Shown here piece after piece: positions 12,275-26,162 of a stretch of DNA of 64,000 nt. Within the stretch, counting starts at the first letter, position 1; each line of letters opens with the position of its first letter. Under the pieces are notes generated by a model that did not search any database, was not told where the DNA came from, and saw only the letters and a list, made by a program, of their open reading frames with translations. The stretch covers positions 22,538,014 through 22,602,013 of the forward strand of contig NC_068982.1 in assembly GCF_001194135.2 (NCBI RefSeq), written 5' to 3'. This DNA comes from Octopus bimaculoides. Its lineage: Eukaryota. The translations under genes were made by a program, and so were the position numbers.

Positions 12275-12430
12275 ATGACACACACGACAGGCTTCTTTTA
12301 GTTTCAATCTGTGAAATCCAGTCTAGGCTTATAGTAGAGGATAGCTGCCTAAGTATCTGGGCAGTGGAAATGAATCTGAAATCACATGGTTGAGAAGCAA
12401 GCTTAACCACATAGCGATACTAGAGCCTAT
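12275..12430 (-). mobile_element. Decayed CORE-type SINE
   Basis: acaggcttcttttagtttc...agtagaggatagctgcctaag...cacatggttgagaagcaagcttaaccacatagc. Confidence 0.55.
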
Positions 12431-15400
12431 ATTGTGTATTAAATCCCTTTTAGGGTTCTGTTTTGCTCAATTATTGTCAATAACTTGAGCATGAAGGTGC
12501 TGTGCGTTCCTAATCTAGAGACAAATATGATTGCCTAAATCTACTGCATTAACTTTTCATGCATATGTAAGAGTCTAAGCTTGTCTTTTGCTAAGACCTA
12601 TTTTTATAAATAGGTGATTTTATTTACTTGAAACAATCCAGTTTAGTATCCTAAAATGATGTGCAAGTCCAATTTTGTGTTAACCCTTTTGCTTTCAGGA
12701 TCCTCTGCCAAATGCAATGCTTATGTATTCATTGTTTAGAATTAATCATACAGTGTCTCATAGCTTTGGAATTTCGATAGTATTATTGTTTAGGTATGAT
12801 AGGCCAGATCAGGCCAGTTTGAACATAAAACAGAATGTCTGGGCCGGATATGACTGGTTTAGATTATTAAGGGTTGATGTGTATAAATTGTATACATGAA
12901 CATCTTATTACTGTCTTCTTAAATGTTATGCTATTTTAGTTGTACTTTACATTAATTTCCTGTCTAAATAGCAAGGCTAAAAATGTACTTTAGGGCGTGC
13001 ATTGAACTTGTTGTCAGTATAAAGTATTGGGAGAAATTTGTTAGAATTTCATTTTAATTAAAACACCAATTCAGTTTTTAAGTTTGTGTTTTGAAGTGTG
13101 ACATATATGAAGGCATTGTCAAAGCTCCAGTCTGGGATTAATACTATAGGGATCATAAAACACTTATGACAAACCTACTCCCTGTAGAGAATGTTTAGCA
13201 ATGTGATTATAATAGAAGAGAAAAAGATATCTTGTTGGGGTTATTAATAGAATATTAAAGGATATGAAGAAATTATTCATGGTCTAGTTGTCACTTAATC
13301 TCAACTGGCTTTTTTTTATTATTATTATTACAATGGGGAGAATTGCTAAGAAAATCATATTACTTTCTGTCGAATTATTTATGAAAGATGTTATTTCTTC
13401 TTTAAATCTTTCAAAGCCAGCAGATTTTTATCCTGTATTACACAAAGCTTTCCCTCCTAAATTGTATTTGCTTTAGTGGTTAAAGGTATGCAAGTGTCAC
13501 AATTTGGGTATGTCTTAGATGTTTCCTTTTTTTAACAATGGTTTAGAGTTGGGTTGGGTTGTCAAAGAATTTAATGGTTGCCTGCAAATTTTAGTATTGC
13601 AGAGATAATTCTCCAGTGGAGGGAAATAGATGAAAGAAAAAGAAGTACCAAAGATATGTAATCATTTATAATTTCAATGTTCAGTAGGTGTATATTTGTT
13701 ATATGTTAGGAAAATATTATAAAATAGTATAAAACACTTTCCAATATTTATTGAATGATGGTTACTGTATCAGGTACCCTAAATCTCAGTATATTTAGGG
13801 CATTGCATTTAAGTTTAGTTATAATTGCAAGCTTTTGATGATTGCCTGAATTTAAAAGTGATTTATATATGTACAGTTTAGTGGCAAAGCTATCTTTAGA
13901 GCTCAGAAAATTTTTAATTACACAAATAAGGATACTGCTTCAGCTGAGATTAACTAAATATCTTCATCCCATGCATGAATTGATATTTTATTAGATGTTA
14001 GCAAGTTTGCTATAGCCTTGGGTTTGATCCCATTGCATTTAGGTAGTAATTCTATATCAGGCATTTGATAAATTTTCTAGATAATTATTTGTACAGTTGC
14101 CCTACAAGGCAACTGATTTGTTATTCTTATTTCTCTTTCTACATTTACATACCTACAAATGCTAGCTGTGAGTTATTACCTTTGGGTTAACAATTTTCAA
14201 TATTCACAGTTCTGAAGCAATCTCAATAAGTTTGGATTGGGGTATCGTTTAGTTGCGAAACTTTTTTTTGCTCTCTGATCTTTGCAACACTATCTCTTTA
14301 GAGAATCATCGATGTGGTTAAATCAAATATTTAATAAATTTATTTTCAGTCTGTTACTTCATATTTATTATAGAAAATGTTACAGCAATGCAAATAAAAC
14401 TGAAGTAAACACTGTTAAATGATGTAAAAAATATTACCTGAATCTAATAAATATGATTTTATGTAAAAACTTCATGCTTAAAATTTTGAATTTATTTGAT
14501 ATATAGTTGTGATAAAGAGAATTAAAACATTAATTTAAACAGTGGAACAGGGAAAGTTTTAGTCACAAATATCAGAAACATAAAAGAAAAATCATCTTGC
14601 GTGTTTAAATGTTTTGGCAATATTTCTACTTAAAATGCTTAGTTTTTGTTTTTGTTTATCATCTCTGTTGAGGACTTTAAAATAAATTGGCTATATAAAT
14701 GTCTTTGAAGACCTAAAAAATAAAAAGTTGAATTAAAATATTTGCAGCCTCCTTAATCATTAAATTTGAAACAACTATCACATATGAATCAATGAGCCAG
14801 TATGTCAGTGTCTTGTAAGATATATATTAACTGTATATATCAATAGTAAGCATTCAACATACGTAAATCGTACCTGAGTCACAACTAATCTTTATTTCAT
14901 ATGGAATTTCTTTGGTGAATATCACATCGACAGTTTGCATCATCACTTGTCAGCAAACTATTTCTGGTTATGACTTTATGTCCAAGGCAAGACAATAATC
15001 TTTGCCAATCAGCTCTTCTTTTGACAGTAGCTTAGGGTAGTGGTTTTCAAACTTTTTCCTTTTGACTTGGAACTCTTACATGATTTCCAGGGAGTAGGGA
15101 GAAGATCTTGTAAAGAGTTGGAGAAACTACTACATTTTACAGATGACATGCACTATCTTAATTTTGTGATGAATTCAATGAAACAATGTGTTTGAAAAGG
15201 AGCACTAGAATTATTTTTACGTAGGTCACATTGAGAAGCATTGGCTTCAAAACCCTCATGATATTAAATCTGCCTGAGACCACCAAATGATCAAAATTTC
15301 ATGTTATATTTCAAACCTCAGCTTAATAATGACATTTTATGTGATTCTTCCTTATTTTCCAATTGAATTGAAACATGTGTAGAGTGTTGTTCAACAAAAA

Positions 15401-18400
15401 TTTGGTAACGAGTTAGGGGGTTTCTTGTGGGTTTTACTTTTCAAGTAGTTCTGTCTACCACTGACTTTGTAATGTATCAGATTTTCTCAGATAACTGATT
15501 GAATGAAGTCATGGAATGCCAAATGCTAAATTTATTCTAGTATATTAATTATTCTTCCTTTTCTCCAAGCTGTTGTAAATATCTATTCATTGCATTGCAA
15601 CACTTGATGTTGTGAGGCCTACTCTTAAAAAGATGTACACTTTGGGTGGTGCCTTGAGTGGAGAAAATTGATGCCAAATGTTAAATTCTATATGCCACAC
15701 GTGTTTGTATTCTTCTTAGAATGATTTATTTTCATTACATAATAGTGCACAGTATTAATGTATAGCAGTCTATTTTTGAAGGATCTGGTCCCTTTCAGGA
15801 AAGCTTTTGCATGCTCCTTAGGACTAACCAGCTTGTGCTTGACTGCTATTGGCATGGAATCTGTTTCGTCTTTGGTTTACAAAGGCATGGCGGATGGTTG
15901 AGAGAAGTTTGCTTCACACCTACTTGATTTTGGATTCAGCTCCATTGTACAAACTACCTTTCCCTGGGCTGACCAGTCTTGCGAATGGATTTGGTTTGGA
16001 CAAAAGACGTGTGTACACGCAGAATGGAGAGAGAGGCATGTGCAATTGCTTCTATCTGAAAGTACAGTGGTAGTATTTTCAGTCTCTCACGCCAACAAAT
16101 TGTCTGATCACTTTCTACCTTCAAAATCATATGGAATAAAAGATCCTTTACTTGCAAAAATGGAACATTTAGCACCAAGGAGGATATCTGGTTATGAAGT
16201 AACATTTTTATCCAATCCATGCAAAAATGGGATTTACAAAATAGAAAAACAAAATGAAACAAAAAGCCTGTGTAAAAATGAATGTAAAATGAACAAAAAT
16301 TACTGTAGCATTCCTCTTTTCATCAAAATATGTATGAAAAAATTTTATTTGTGAAGCTGTTTACCGTTTAGTAAAACAAATTTCACAATCACTTTTCAAC
16401 TTGAAACGAAATATTGGTGCCATTTTTTTAAATAATTATTTATACGTTTGTACTCTGCAAATTGGTTGGTGTTTGAGACCAGACACAGTAGCCTAGGGTA
16501 GTTTTTCTGCATGGCTGGCTCCTGTCAACCATCCTACCCATGCATGCATGGAAGATGGACATTAAATGATGATATTGATGATGGGTCAGTTCAGCTGCAA
16601 TTCAGTTTAAGGTTGAGCAGATATTTTATCCTCTGAGTTTATATCCATAATGTGTGATTGTAGGGAGATTTTGCTATTTCCAACATATTGCGTAAGCCCA
16701 GTAAAAGTTTCCTTGTTGGCTTGTTTTATATTGAAACTGAATAAAATATGTCACATAGCTGAGCTTAGATAGTAAATTCCTTTTGAGAAACCTTGTTTAA
16801 AAATGCTACTGTATGTTGCTACCTCCAGGCATATAAAACATGACTGCAATAAATTAATTTTTATTCTTATAGTATAGGAATTCTTCAGCATTGTTTATTG
16901 TAGCAACCAGCACTATAAGTATTAGGAAGTATTCATTAGTAAATGGCTGTTTAATTAATTGATGTAAAGAGAAGAGATTTAAATTTGTTTCAAGCCTTAA
17001 TGTGTATTAATGCTTTTTCCAAGTGTGTTAACTTTGAGGTGAACTAGTTGGAGTTAGTAAATGAAAGGATAAAAAATTGTTCTTAGGAGCATTCATTTTC
17101 TTTTTGTCATTGCAACATATATTAATAATACATGATGACTGTATATTATTGCTGATTCTGACTTCAGAATTTAGGTTCAATTAACCCTTCCAGATATTTT
17201 ACTGCTTCTCTTTAAATTTAGGTTCAGAGCATAATGTGTAATGAAATGTTTAAATTCACTTAGGGTACAAATATTTTCACATTCTTGTAAATAATTTTAT
17301 ACACTTGATGTCCACTTTCTGAGTTTTCTAGAAAGTTCTTTACACAAAATCACATATTTAGATTTAAAAGCATTGGTTGTAAGAGCGTGTTATGTTGAAA
17401 GGTACAGGCTACAGTGTTGAAGATCACAAAATATAAATTGATAACCAACCAGCAATCCAAGTTGACATTATTTTATGAATTCTCTTGGAGTGCATGTGCT
17501 TTAAGTAGAAACATTTTAACTGCTTCATAATTACATTTCTGTGTTTCAATTAAGTCTTAAAATAATCAGATATTTAAATTGGTATTATAAGACTTATTTG
17601 TGCATAATAAAATGAGTTTTGGCTTATTTTATCCAACCTCTGTCCATTATGGCAAAAATTGCCCTAATTTTGTCCAGTTTGGTCACTTTTTCCATTTAGT
17701 CTGCTTTTATATTTGCATTAAAACAAACAAAAGTAAATAATTAATGGTTTTAAAGTCCTGGAAATGACTGATTGGGTCCAGTTTCTTCTGAAATTCATGA
17801 AATAGAAACAAATTTCTGTCACAACTCTTTCTGGAGAGCATTCTTTTCGCCACTGTTGTCTCACTGCAAGAAATTGAAATGTTCATATCAAGGCCACCAT
17901 GTAGGGTTTAAAAAAAAAAAAAATTTTTGTTGTATCTGAAAATGATCCAAAGAGAGGTGTTATTATTAAATCTGAAATTTCATGTAACTTTTTAAAAAAG
18001 GATTTGTATAAATGCTGAACCTAAGGATTTAGAAGAAAAGGTAGCTAAGAAAAATAAAACAGAACCAGGACATGCACAATTCATGCTGTAACAAACATTA
18101 CATCTTGTACAAGTGTTTACATGTACATGATGTAACTTTACTCATTTACTTGAACTGGTCACATTTTCTTCAGTATTTTGATTTTAACGGAAAGCATACA
18201 GTCAGGCAGTTTCAGAAAACGAAAGAGTTAATGAGCTTAATCATAATATTACTTTGAGTGAAAATATAATCATACTAATACTAATTTTTTCACCTTGATT
18301 AATTAGACAAATTGCAAAAAGTATGCTGTGAATTTCTATTACCATAGGAAAGTAATATTACATGGCAATCAGATTGATTTAAGCATTATTAATGATTAAA

Positions 18401-18583
18401 AATAAGCATGTTTAAGATCAAGTACAATTTTATATTAGGTTTATATCTTCAGTAATAATCAAAAATTCTTTATTATAATTTTGAAAATGTTATATATTAA
18501 AATGTTTGGCTTGCTAAAGGTAAGCCAAGGTTAAATGATTTTTATTTCTTAATATGGCTAATTTGTTTGACCCATCTCTTCAC

Positions 18584-19160
18584 CATCATCATCATTTGAC
18601 GTCCGCTTTCCATGCTAGCATGGGTTGGGCGATTTGACCGAGCACTGGCGAACCAGATGGCTACACCAGGCTCCAATCTGATCTGGCAGAGTTTCTACAG
18701 CTGGATGCCCTACCTAACGCCAACCACTCTGAGAGTGTAGTGGGTGCTTTTTACGTGCCACCGGCACGAGGGTCAGTCTGGTGGTACTGGCAACGGCCAT
18801 GCTCAGATGGTGTTTTTTTACGTGCCACCTGCACAGGAATCAGTCCAATGTTTTGTTCACATGCCACTGGCACAAGTGTCAGTAAGGCGAAGCTGGAAAT
18901 GATTGCACTTAAATAGTGATTTTTACGTGCTACTGGCACGTAAGTGAGACTGCTACTCTGGTAGTGATCCCACTCAGATGGTGCTGCTAGCGCTCCACTG
19001 GCACAGGTGCCAGTCATAGACTTTGGTTCAGTTTCGATCTCACTTGCCCCAACAGGTCTTCGCAAGCTGAGTTTAGTGTTCAATGAAAGAAGCTTGGCAT
19101 GGGTGCCAGTCATCAAATTTGGTTCGATTTCGATTTCACTTGCCTGAACAGGTCTTCCTT
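18584..19160 (-). mobile_element. Long (GAT)n-tailed SINE-like element with internal tandem hairpin units
   Basis: Starts with (CAT)n on the + strand. Contains five GTGCCAC(C/T)GGCAC-like units (18754, 18821, 18860, 18925, about 18997) and a roughly 55-bp direct duplication (about 19007-19061 and 19103-19157). Confidence 0.8.
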
Positions 19161-22100
19161 GGTTCTATATTTCTAATATTGTATTATAACTAAAGAGTAG
19201 GTTATACAACCTTGCAGAAGTTAACATTTCATTCAAAGAATCAGTAATGGGTTATTACTCCTGCAGATGAGGTTCCAGGCATCTTGTTGAGAGCCATTGC
19301 TTGTTTGTCAAAAAAGTTTTAAGAGGGTGTGAAGATAACTCCCTCACGTTTTCTTTTATTGAAGAAACAATAAAATCTATCATAAATAATTTAGCTATTC
19401 TTTTAGTCAGTTTGAGTGTTCCACTTTGTAAGTGGCTAGTAGAAATTATGAAAATCAATGCATTTTAACATATTGAAACTTTTTTTCACCCCCATGCTTA
19501 TGGTAGTTACTCAATTTCAAATGTGAGTTTTGCTTGTATTAAACCTAAGATATATTTACTTAATCTGAACTCAATAAAAGCACTTCACTTTTTCTTGTAG
19601 CATTGAATATGAAAATGAGATTGCAAAAATATGTGATGTATATAAAACAAAATAGTTGGATTATGTTGAGTGATGTGTGTATATTTAGCAAGAACTGTGT
19701 TTATAAAACGACTGTTTATTTTAATGCATGTAAAATATAGATTTGTATAATGCTGGAACATGCTGATTTTCATTATTAGCCTTGCTTTCCATATCTCAAC
19801 ATGTATGTCTGCAGCAATATTTTGTGGCTTCAAATTACGACTTAACGGTATCTCTTCAGTAAATCTCAATTAAAATCTGTCAATTTATCTGTATTTTTAT
19901 AAAAATTTTCCCTTCTAAGTATAGGAAACTATTGAAAGATTTGCAAAATGTAATGAAGCTATTTCACCAATGGTTAATGCCAACAGTCACTTGCCATTTT
20001 ATGATGGGTAATATCATTAAAATATTGGTTAGTGGTTATAAAAAAAAGAATCTGGCAAGCCAGCTATGTTTGACATTTAGGCGTAATTAGATAGGTTAGA
20101 AATCACTTAAGTTATTTTTCTACAAATTCAGGTTATTTTAGAAACGTGCATAATTTTTATCTTTTTTCCATATTTTGAAACCTAACCTTCGCGTAGCTAT
20201 TTGGAGCTACACTTTGAGAGGAGTTCAGTTCATGATATAAATATTGGTATATTGTAACAGCCTTTTCTGTTTGTCAGGATATAAGGCCTCTGTTATTTAA
20301 TGGATACAAGTTTATAAAATGGTGTCATCTCAATGTATTGGAAGGGATGTTTGTTTTTTCTGTTAACTTTCTCACTCCCTTTCTATCTCTCTTCATATGC
20401 ATGTTTGAAAATTTGGCAGTGACTGGATAAAGACTGAACTTAAGTAAATAAGTAGATGTTAATGGTTCTTAAAATAGAATGCTTGATGGCTCACAGAAAT
20501 GTCTAGGAACCTGTAACCTGTATTCACAAATTTCAATATCCAGAAATTTTATAATTCACTGTAGTCAGGAAAACATGGTGATGCATTCATGCACTTGTTT
20601 TTAAAGTTGTTCAATGGGCCCTTTGATATCATGTGATGTACTGACTGGTAAAGATATTAGTTTGGAATTTACATTTTTTCCTTTACCAAAAGAAATAGAA
20701 ACTGAAAACAAAACCATAGACACAGAAACCACTTGTTAACCAGTTTTATTGGGTGCTCTGTCAATGTCCTAATTAAACTATTGTTGCTATATTTTCAACT
20801 TACATTTTCTCTTGTGGAGTTGTCCATGAATTCCTCTACACAGTACCTTCTTATCACTGATCATCTATGATCATCTATTTTTGTTAAAAATTATTAAAAT
20901 CATCCAACAAAGTTCTTAAATATTTTGAATGCATGTGTATTTACATTTTGATTATGTGAAAGTCTAACGTTGGCATGTCAAGAACTTCTGTCAATAAATT
21001 GCCTGCTCACTTTTTGCCTTCAAGTCCATCTGGAATAAGATCTTCTACTTGAAAAACGAGGGGGCATCCAGCTATAAATGAATGCTTCAATAACATATTC
21101 ATCTAACTCATGCCAACATAGAAAAGCAGATGTGGAACAAATGAATGAGAAGTTGCATCTCATACTGAGTAGATGAATTTCTCATCCAATATTACCTAAT
21201 ATTATCATATCAGTAGTATGTGTCCAGTGTTAGTTTTTAATCTGAGGGTTTATGCTCAGTATTTCTTGAAAATACATCACCAAATTCAATTACTCTTTAT
21301 TTTCTCGTTAGAATGTGTTTGTTATTTTGTAACTACAGTGTTGCATTAGCACAATTATTATTTTTTAACCTCTAACTGCTATCTTTTCTTTGTACTGCAG
21401 TTATATGCTCATTTTGTGTATTTAACTATTTATGGTAATTAATAATAGGTAATTTGAATAATTCTGTCATTTCTAATTGTGTGTGGGGGTGAGTATTTAC
21501 TTCCATTAATTATAAGTTTTTATTGGTTATGGAATATGACATTATTTGTATGAAAGGGAATTTATAAAACATATATATGAAATGTTGGAGGACAAAGAAT
21601 AATGGCCATTGAATGGAAATGATTTGAATCAATGATGATTTGTGTGATATGTTTCACCATAGATGTGATTATCAAAAATATTAGTTGAAACTGCTAACTC
21701 CTGTTGTTCTATAATTTTATAATTTCTACCAATGTAAATTAGTAGTTATGTGAAGTTTTAATGTTTTATAGTCTAATGACTTATTCCCATTAGTAACTTC
21801 ACAAGTGCTAAACAACAATAAAATTATCTTCGTCTCAAAAGAAGCATGCATAATAATATAGGTTGGAAATTATTTTCTTGTTTGAATACTTACAACAATT
21901 TTTAATAATAGCAGACAAGTTTGAAAAATAATTAACTGTGTTGAAGCATGTGTGTGTATGTGTATACATGCACAAACACACACACTTGAACGACAGTTTT
22001 ATATTGTCTAAATTGAGATGTTGCAAGACAGTAAAAACAAAACAAAAAAAAATTAATTAAAATGTTGACACCACCTTCCTAACCCATCCATTACATATAG

Positions 22101-23747
22101 ATTCTGCGTAGTTAAATTTTAACTCTTTTGTTATATTTTCTATTCAAATGCGTCAACTTAGTTAATTTTGAAAATAATATATTCGGTAAAATAACTCTTG
22201 TCATTATCAAGCTGGTGGTTGAAATATCAGTTAGCTTGAAATTTTGACAAAGGTTTTAATTTAGATCCTTCAAAAGAGAAAGTTTGTATTGTAGAATTAG
22301 GCACAATATTAGGTTGATCTGTATCGAAAAGTTAAGGCAGTTGTTGATATTGTAATCAATGATATGTTATAAATATGATATATTACAAACAAGCATAACT
22401 TAATGGATATTTCATAAATATAATCATTGTCATATTGTTTTACAAACGTTTTTATATTGCTGTAAAATCGATTTATTGTATTAAATTGTAGTCAAGTAAT
22501 GGAATCCTTAATTTTCTGGAGAAATGGAAAGAGTATTTTGTATTAAAGTAATATTTCGAATGCAGTATAGTCGTGAAATCGGTTTCCAAAAGCAAACAGG
22601 AAAAAAATTTGTTTACAAATATGTTGTTGAAAAGAGCATTGTTTTATTTACTCCTCTCATGGTTTTACTCCTTTATTGAAAGTTTTACCCATGTTATTAC
22701 GCTTCACCCTTTGATACTAACTCGTTTTAAGATTGCCCCTGATTCTGTGATGCGAGCTTCCTGTTTCAAAGTAATCGAAATTTTATGTTAATTTAAGTTC
22801 TAAACAGCTTGATTCAAAGTTACGTTATTAAATTGTTTATATTTTCAAATTTAATTGAAGAAATCCAGTGTATTTTTAACAAATGTGGTAATAAACTAGT
22901 TGAAGAAATTTCACACTTCTATTTCGAGAAGACTTATTTTGAATTTGGTTTTCTTTATTGTATAATGTTTTTGAGTCCTTAAAATTTATGACTTAGTTTT
23001 CAACTTTGCCACTGGAAATATGATTTCAATATAAACCTATGATGTAAAATTTCATTGCTTATTGCTTTTTCTAGTTTTTTTCGTAACTCATGAAATCTCG
23101 AGTCATTGTAAATTCTTGGTTTCAATCAATGAATTTCATCAGTTGTAAATGTAATCATTAAAACTGATTTATCTAGTTTTATGTGAAAGTTGCTAATGAC
23201 ATTATTACATTTTATTATTTCTCTGTATATTAAGCATACATATAGTCAGCTTAATGAGCCAATGAAACGAAATTAAATATCTGATTGAGTTGTGATTGGA
23301 TAAAGAATCAGTTTGATCTCGAGATTTAAAGTTATTTAAACCCTTTTATTCAAATCTAATGACTCCCACAACAAAGGAACTGAGCTTAGTATGGTAACTT
23401 TCAAGACTAGTTTGTCAGAAACAGTAGAATTTTTATAGTAAAAATCAGTTAACCATGACTTGGGAAAAGGTAACTCTTTTCTGCCAACAAACCATTGGAA
23501 TTCGGATCTTGGAAGAAGCTGAAAATCTAAATCAGTAAAACAAGGAGTTTGTGGTGAGATAGAATTAGGTATAGTTGTTAATAAGACTACATTATTAAAA
23601 ATTATTATGAAGCGTTTAACTGCAAAATTGAATTTTATGGCAATTTCAGTAATGATGATGATGAATATCATGAATATCTGCGGAAAAATGTAATGGTTAT
23701 TTTCTGCAAGTCACATTTCTTTACTAAACTTGACATAGCTCAAGAAC

Positions 23748-23888
23748 GGCGTTAGGAAGGCCATCCAGCTGTAGAAACTCTGCCAAATCAGATTGGAGCC
23801 TGATGTAGCCATCTGGTTCACCGGTCCTCAGTCAAATCGTCCAACCCATGCTAGCATGGAAAGCAGACGTTAAACGATGATGATGATG
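23748..23888 (+). mobile_element. (GAT)n-tailed SINE 3' part, inverted relative to 18584-18721
   Basis: ggcgttaggaaggccatccagctgtagaaactctgcc...catgctagcatggaaagcagacgttaaacgatgatgatgatg. Confidence 0.85.
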
Positions 23889-24146
23889 TGTATTTCTTTA
23901 TTGCCCACAACGGGCTAAACACATAGGGGACAAACAAGGACAGGCAAAGGGATTAAGTCTATTACATTGACCCCAGTGCTTATTTAACTGGCACTTATTT
24001 AATCAACTCTGAAAGGCAAAGTCAACCTTGGAGGAATTTGAACTCTGAACACAACGGCAGAGGAAATACCCGGCGTGCTAATGATTGTCAGTTCGCCGCC
24101 ATATATNNNNNNNNNNTGCTAATGATTCTGTCAGTTCGCCGCCATA
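23889..24146 (-). mobile_element. tRNA-derived SINE, full length, interrupted by a 10-N gap
   Basis: tatttctttattgcccacaacgggctaaacac...ggcaaagtcaaccttggaggaatttgaactc...gtcagttcgccgcc; reverse complement of the family at 61940-62104. Confidence 0.8.
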
Positions 24147-25649
24147 TATATATATATATATATATACACTATAAAAGATAGATTGGTATATAGAACTACG
24201 TTATGCCGCTAAGGGTAATGAAACTTTGAGTGAATATATGTGATTTTTGCAGTAAAAGTTAAATTTAAAAAAAAAATGTAGCTAGGTTTATTGTGAAAGT
24301 ATAAATATTGGCTTATTCCTGAAAGGTACACTTCAGGATTAATCGCTTTAGACATTGATTCCCAAACTTTTGTATGCCCTGCATCTCATTTTCAAATGAA
24401 AACGTGGTACTGTCTTGGTTGTGTTTTGCAAGCTTGACTGAATACAGATAATTTGCTGATTTTGACTTGATAGGTGAAAGACCTGAATCCAAATATATAT
24501 AAATATATCCTGCAAATGAAACAAGGGCACAGTTCTTGGTCATAACCATTTATAGGTTAAATCTAAGCAAAAAATTTTGGTGTGATTAGTAGGACCAATT
24601 TAAAGAGGTGGTAATTTTGTCTTTGTTGTACTCTTTGAAACATCACAACACCTTTAGTGTATGTGGATAGTCTTAAGTTGTGAGCTCTTGCTGTAGACAC
24701 GAAGAGTGTTGTTGATGAACTTTGAAAATGAGGCTGTTTCTTTATACATGATACTTGAGTCATTAAATATTCTAACGTTTTCAACCTATGCTAAAGGTGT
24801 TGTGTTCATTATACGCATATTTAAATGCAAATATTTCTCTTCCTGCGTAATTAATTTTAACTGCTAATTTACTTTGAATTTGTAACAAGTTCAAGTGAGA
24901 AATAGTGCACGTGTAACCAGGATGAGTTTTAGTATGAGCGTTGGATTGCTAACAGTATCTTGTTTTTTTGTGAAATAGATGTTTTTGCAGTTTGCTTCTT
25001 TTATTTAAATGCTACCTATCTAACATCGTTACAGCTGTATTTTAATGCTTTTATGAATTTAACTACTAACAAATTTTACGCTTACACCTTTTGATTTCTT
25101 TTTTATTTTGTTTTATATATATAACTTTAGAATAACCATTTGGAATGTTTTTTATTAAACAATTTTTGTTACATATATTTAAATATACCGTGTGCTGTTA
25201 TATGTAGCCATCTAGTTGATATACCAGATTAAAAGTACTTTAGTGTCATAGGTGAATTTTATTAAAAGGTGGGGGGGGGACTGAAACAATGAGTTTTGCT
25301 CTGTTTGTTAGGAACAGGGATTTGTGTGCAAAACATTGTCATTATGATTGCACACTGCATACAAACTTTCAGTACAGGCTTTATTCTAATTATAATACAC
25401 CAAAATAAATAAAAGAAAAAAGCAGAAAATGATCAAGTTAAGGCTGGATCTTTAAAGTGTTAGGTAAAATCTTTAGCAGTATTTAGTTATGAATCTTTGC
25501 TTCATTAATTCAGTTTGTACTACTGTCAAACTTTCATTTCCTTAGGGCAATAAAATGAGTTCCAGTTGAGCATGGGGTGTTGAAGTCAATAAAGTGATCT
25601 ATGTCCCTCTGAATTGAGAAACTCTATGCCTATTCAAGAAATAGGTAAT

Positions 25650-26129
25650 TAAAGCTATAAAAGATTTCATCTCAATGAATGTGTATAACATGTCTGAACA
25701 TTTAAATTCAGTAATGGTGGGCATCATGAAGTCACAGGTTATCATTATAACAACTCTAGCACAAGCATTTTGAGAGGAGTTTTTAGTAGTCATCTTTTCC
25801 ACCTTCTCCATCTTGTCCTAAAGTGAGAGATCAGTTGTTGAGAAAAAATCCTAGCTGTGTTAAAAGAGGTTCTTTCACTACCAGGTGAGTCACTTGGTGT
25901 GAGACCTAGCAATTGGAGTGATTTTAAAGATTCTAGTTGAGTGATGTTCCTGATAAATGGAAGAGGAATGTGTTTTTCTTGATATGAGTGGAAATTTGTT
26001 TTCTTATTGGAGAAAGAGACAAGATGGGCATATCATTGGAAGAGGCTTTCAAGTCAGTGTGGATTTTATTAGGTTGCAAGTGAATGATGCATGGTTGGGA
26101 ATGTTTGGGAGGAATGAAGGTCACTGTCA

Positions 26130-26130
<1 letters not shown>
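25650..26130 (-). mobile_element. Possible decayed CR1/L2-like LINE ORF2 3' fragment
   Basis: Minus-strand remnants LGLT..(frameshift)..DLTW and MEKVEKMTTK resemble the LGV..DLSW and LEKVQRRATK motifs after the RT domain; heavily degraded. Confidence 0.35.

Positions 26131-26162
<32 letters not shown>

Noticed and set aside
18754-19010. CRISPR-like array of palindromic repeats with spacers
   Set aside because: The units are degenerate and irregularly spaced, lie inside a eukaryotic (GAT)n-tailed element, and have no cas genes nearby.
24076-24150. Tandem duplication tgctaatgatt(ct)gtcagttcgccgccatatat
   Set aside because: The copies flank a 10-N gap, so this is most likely an unmerged contig overlap.
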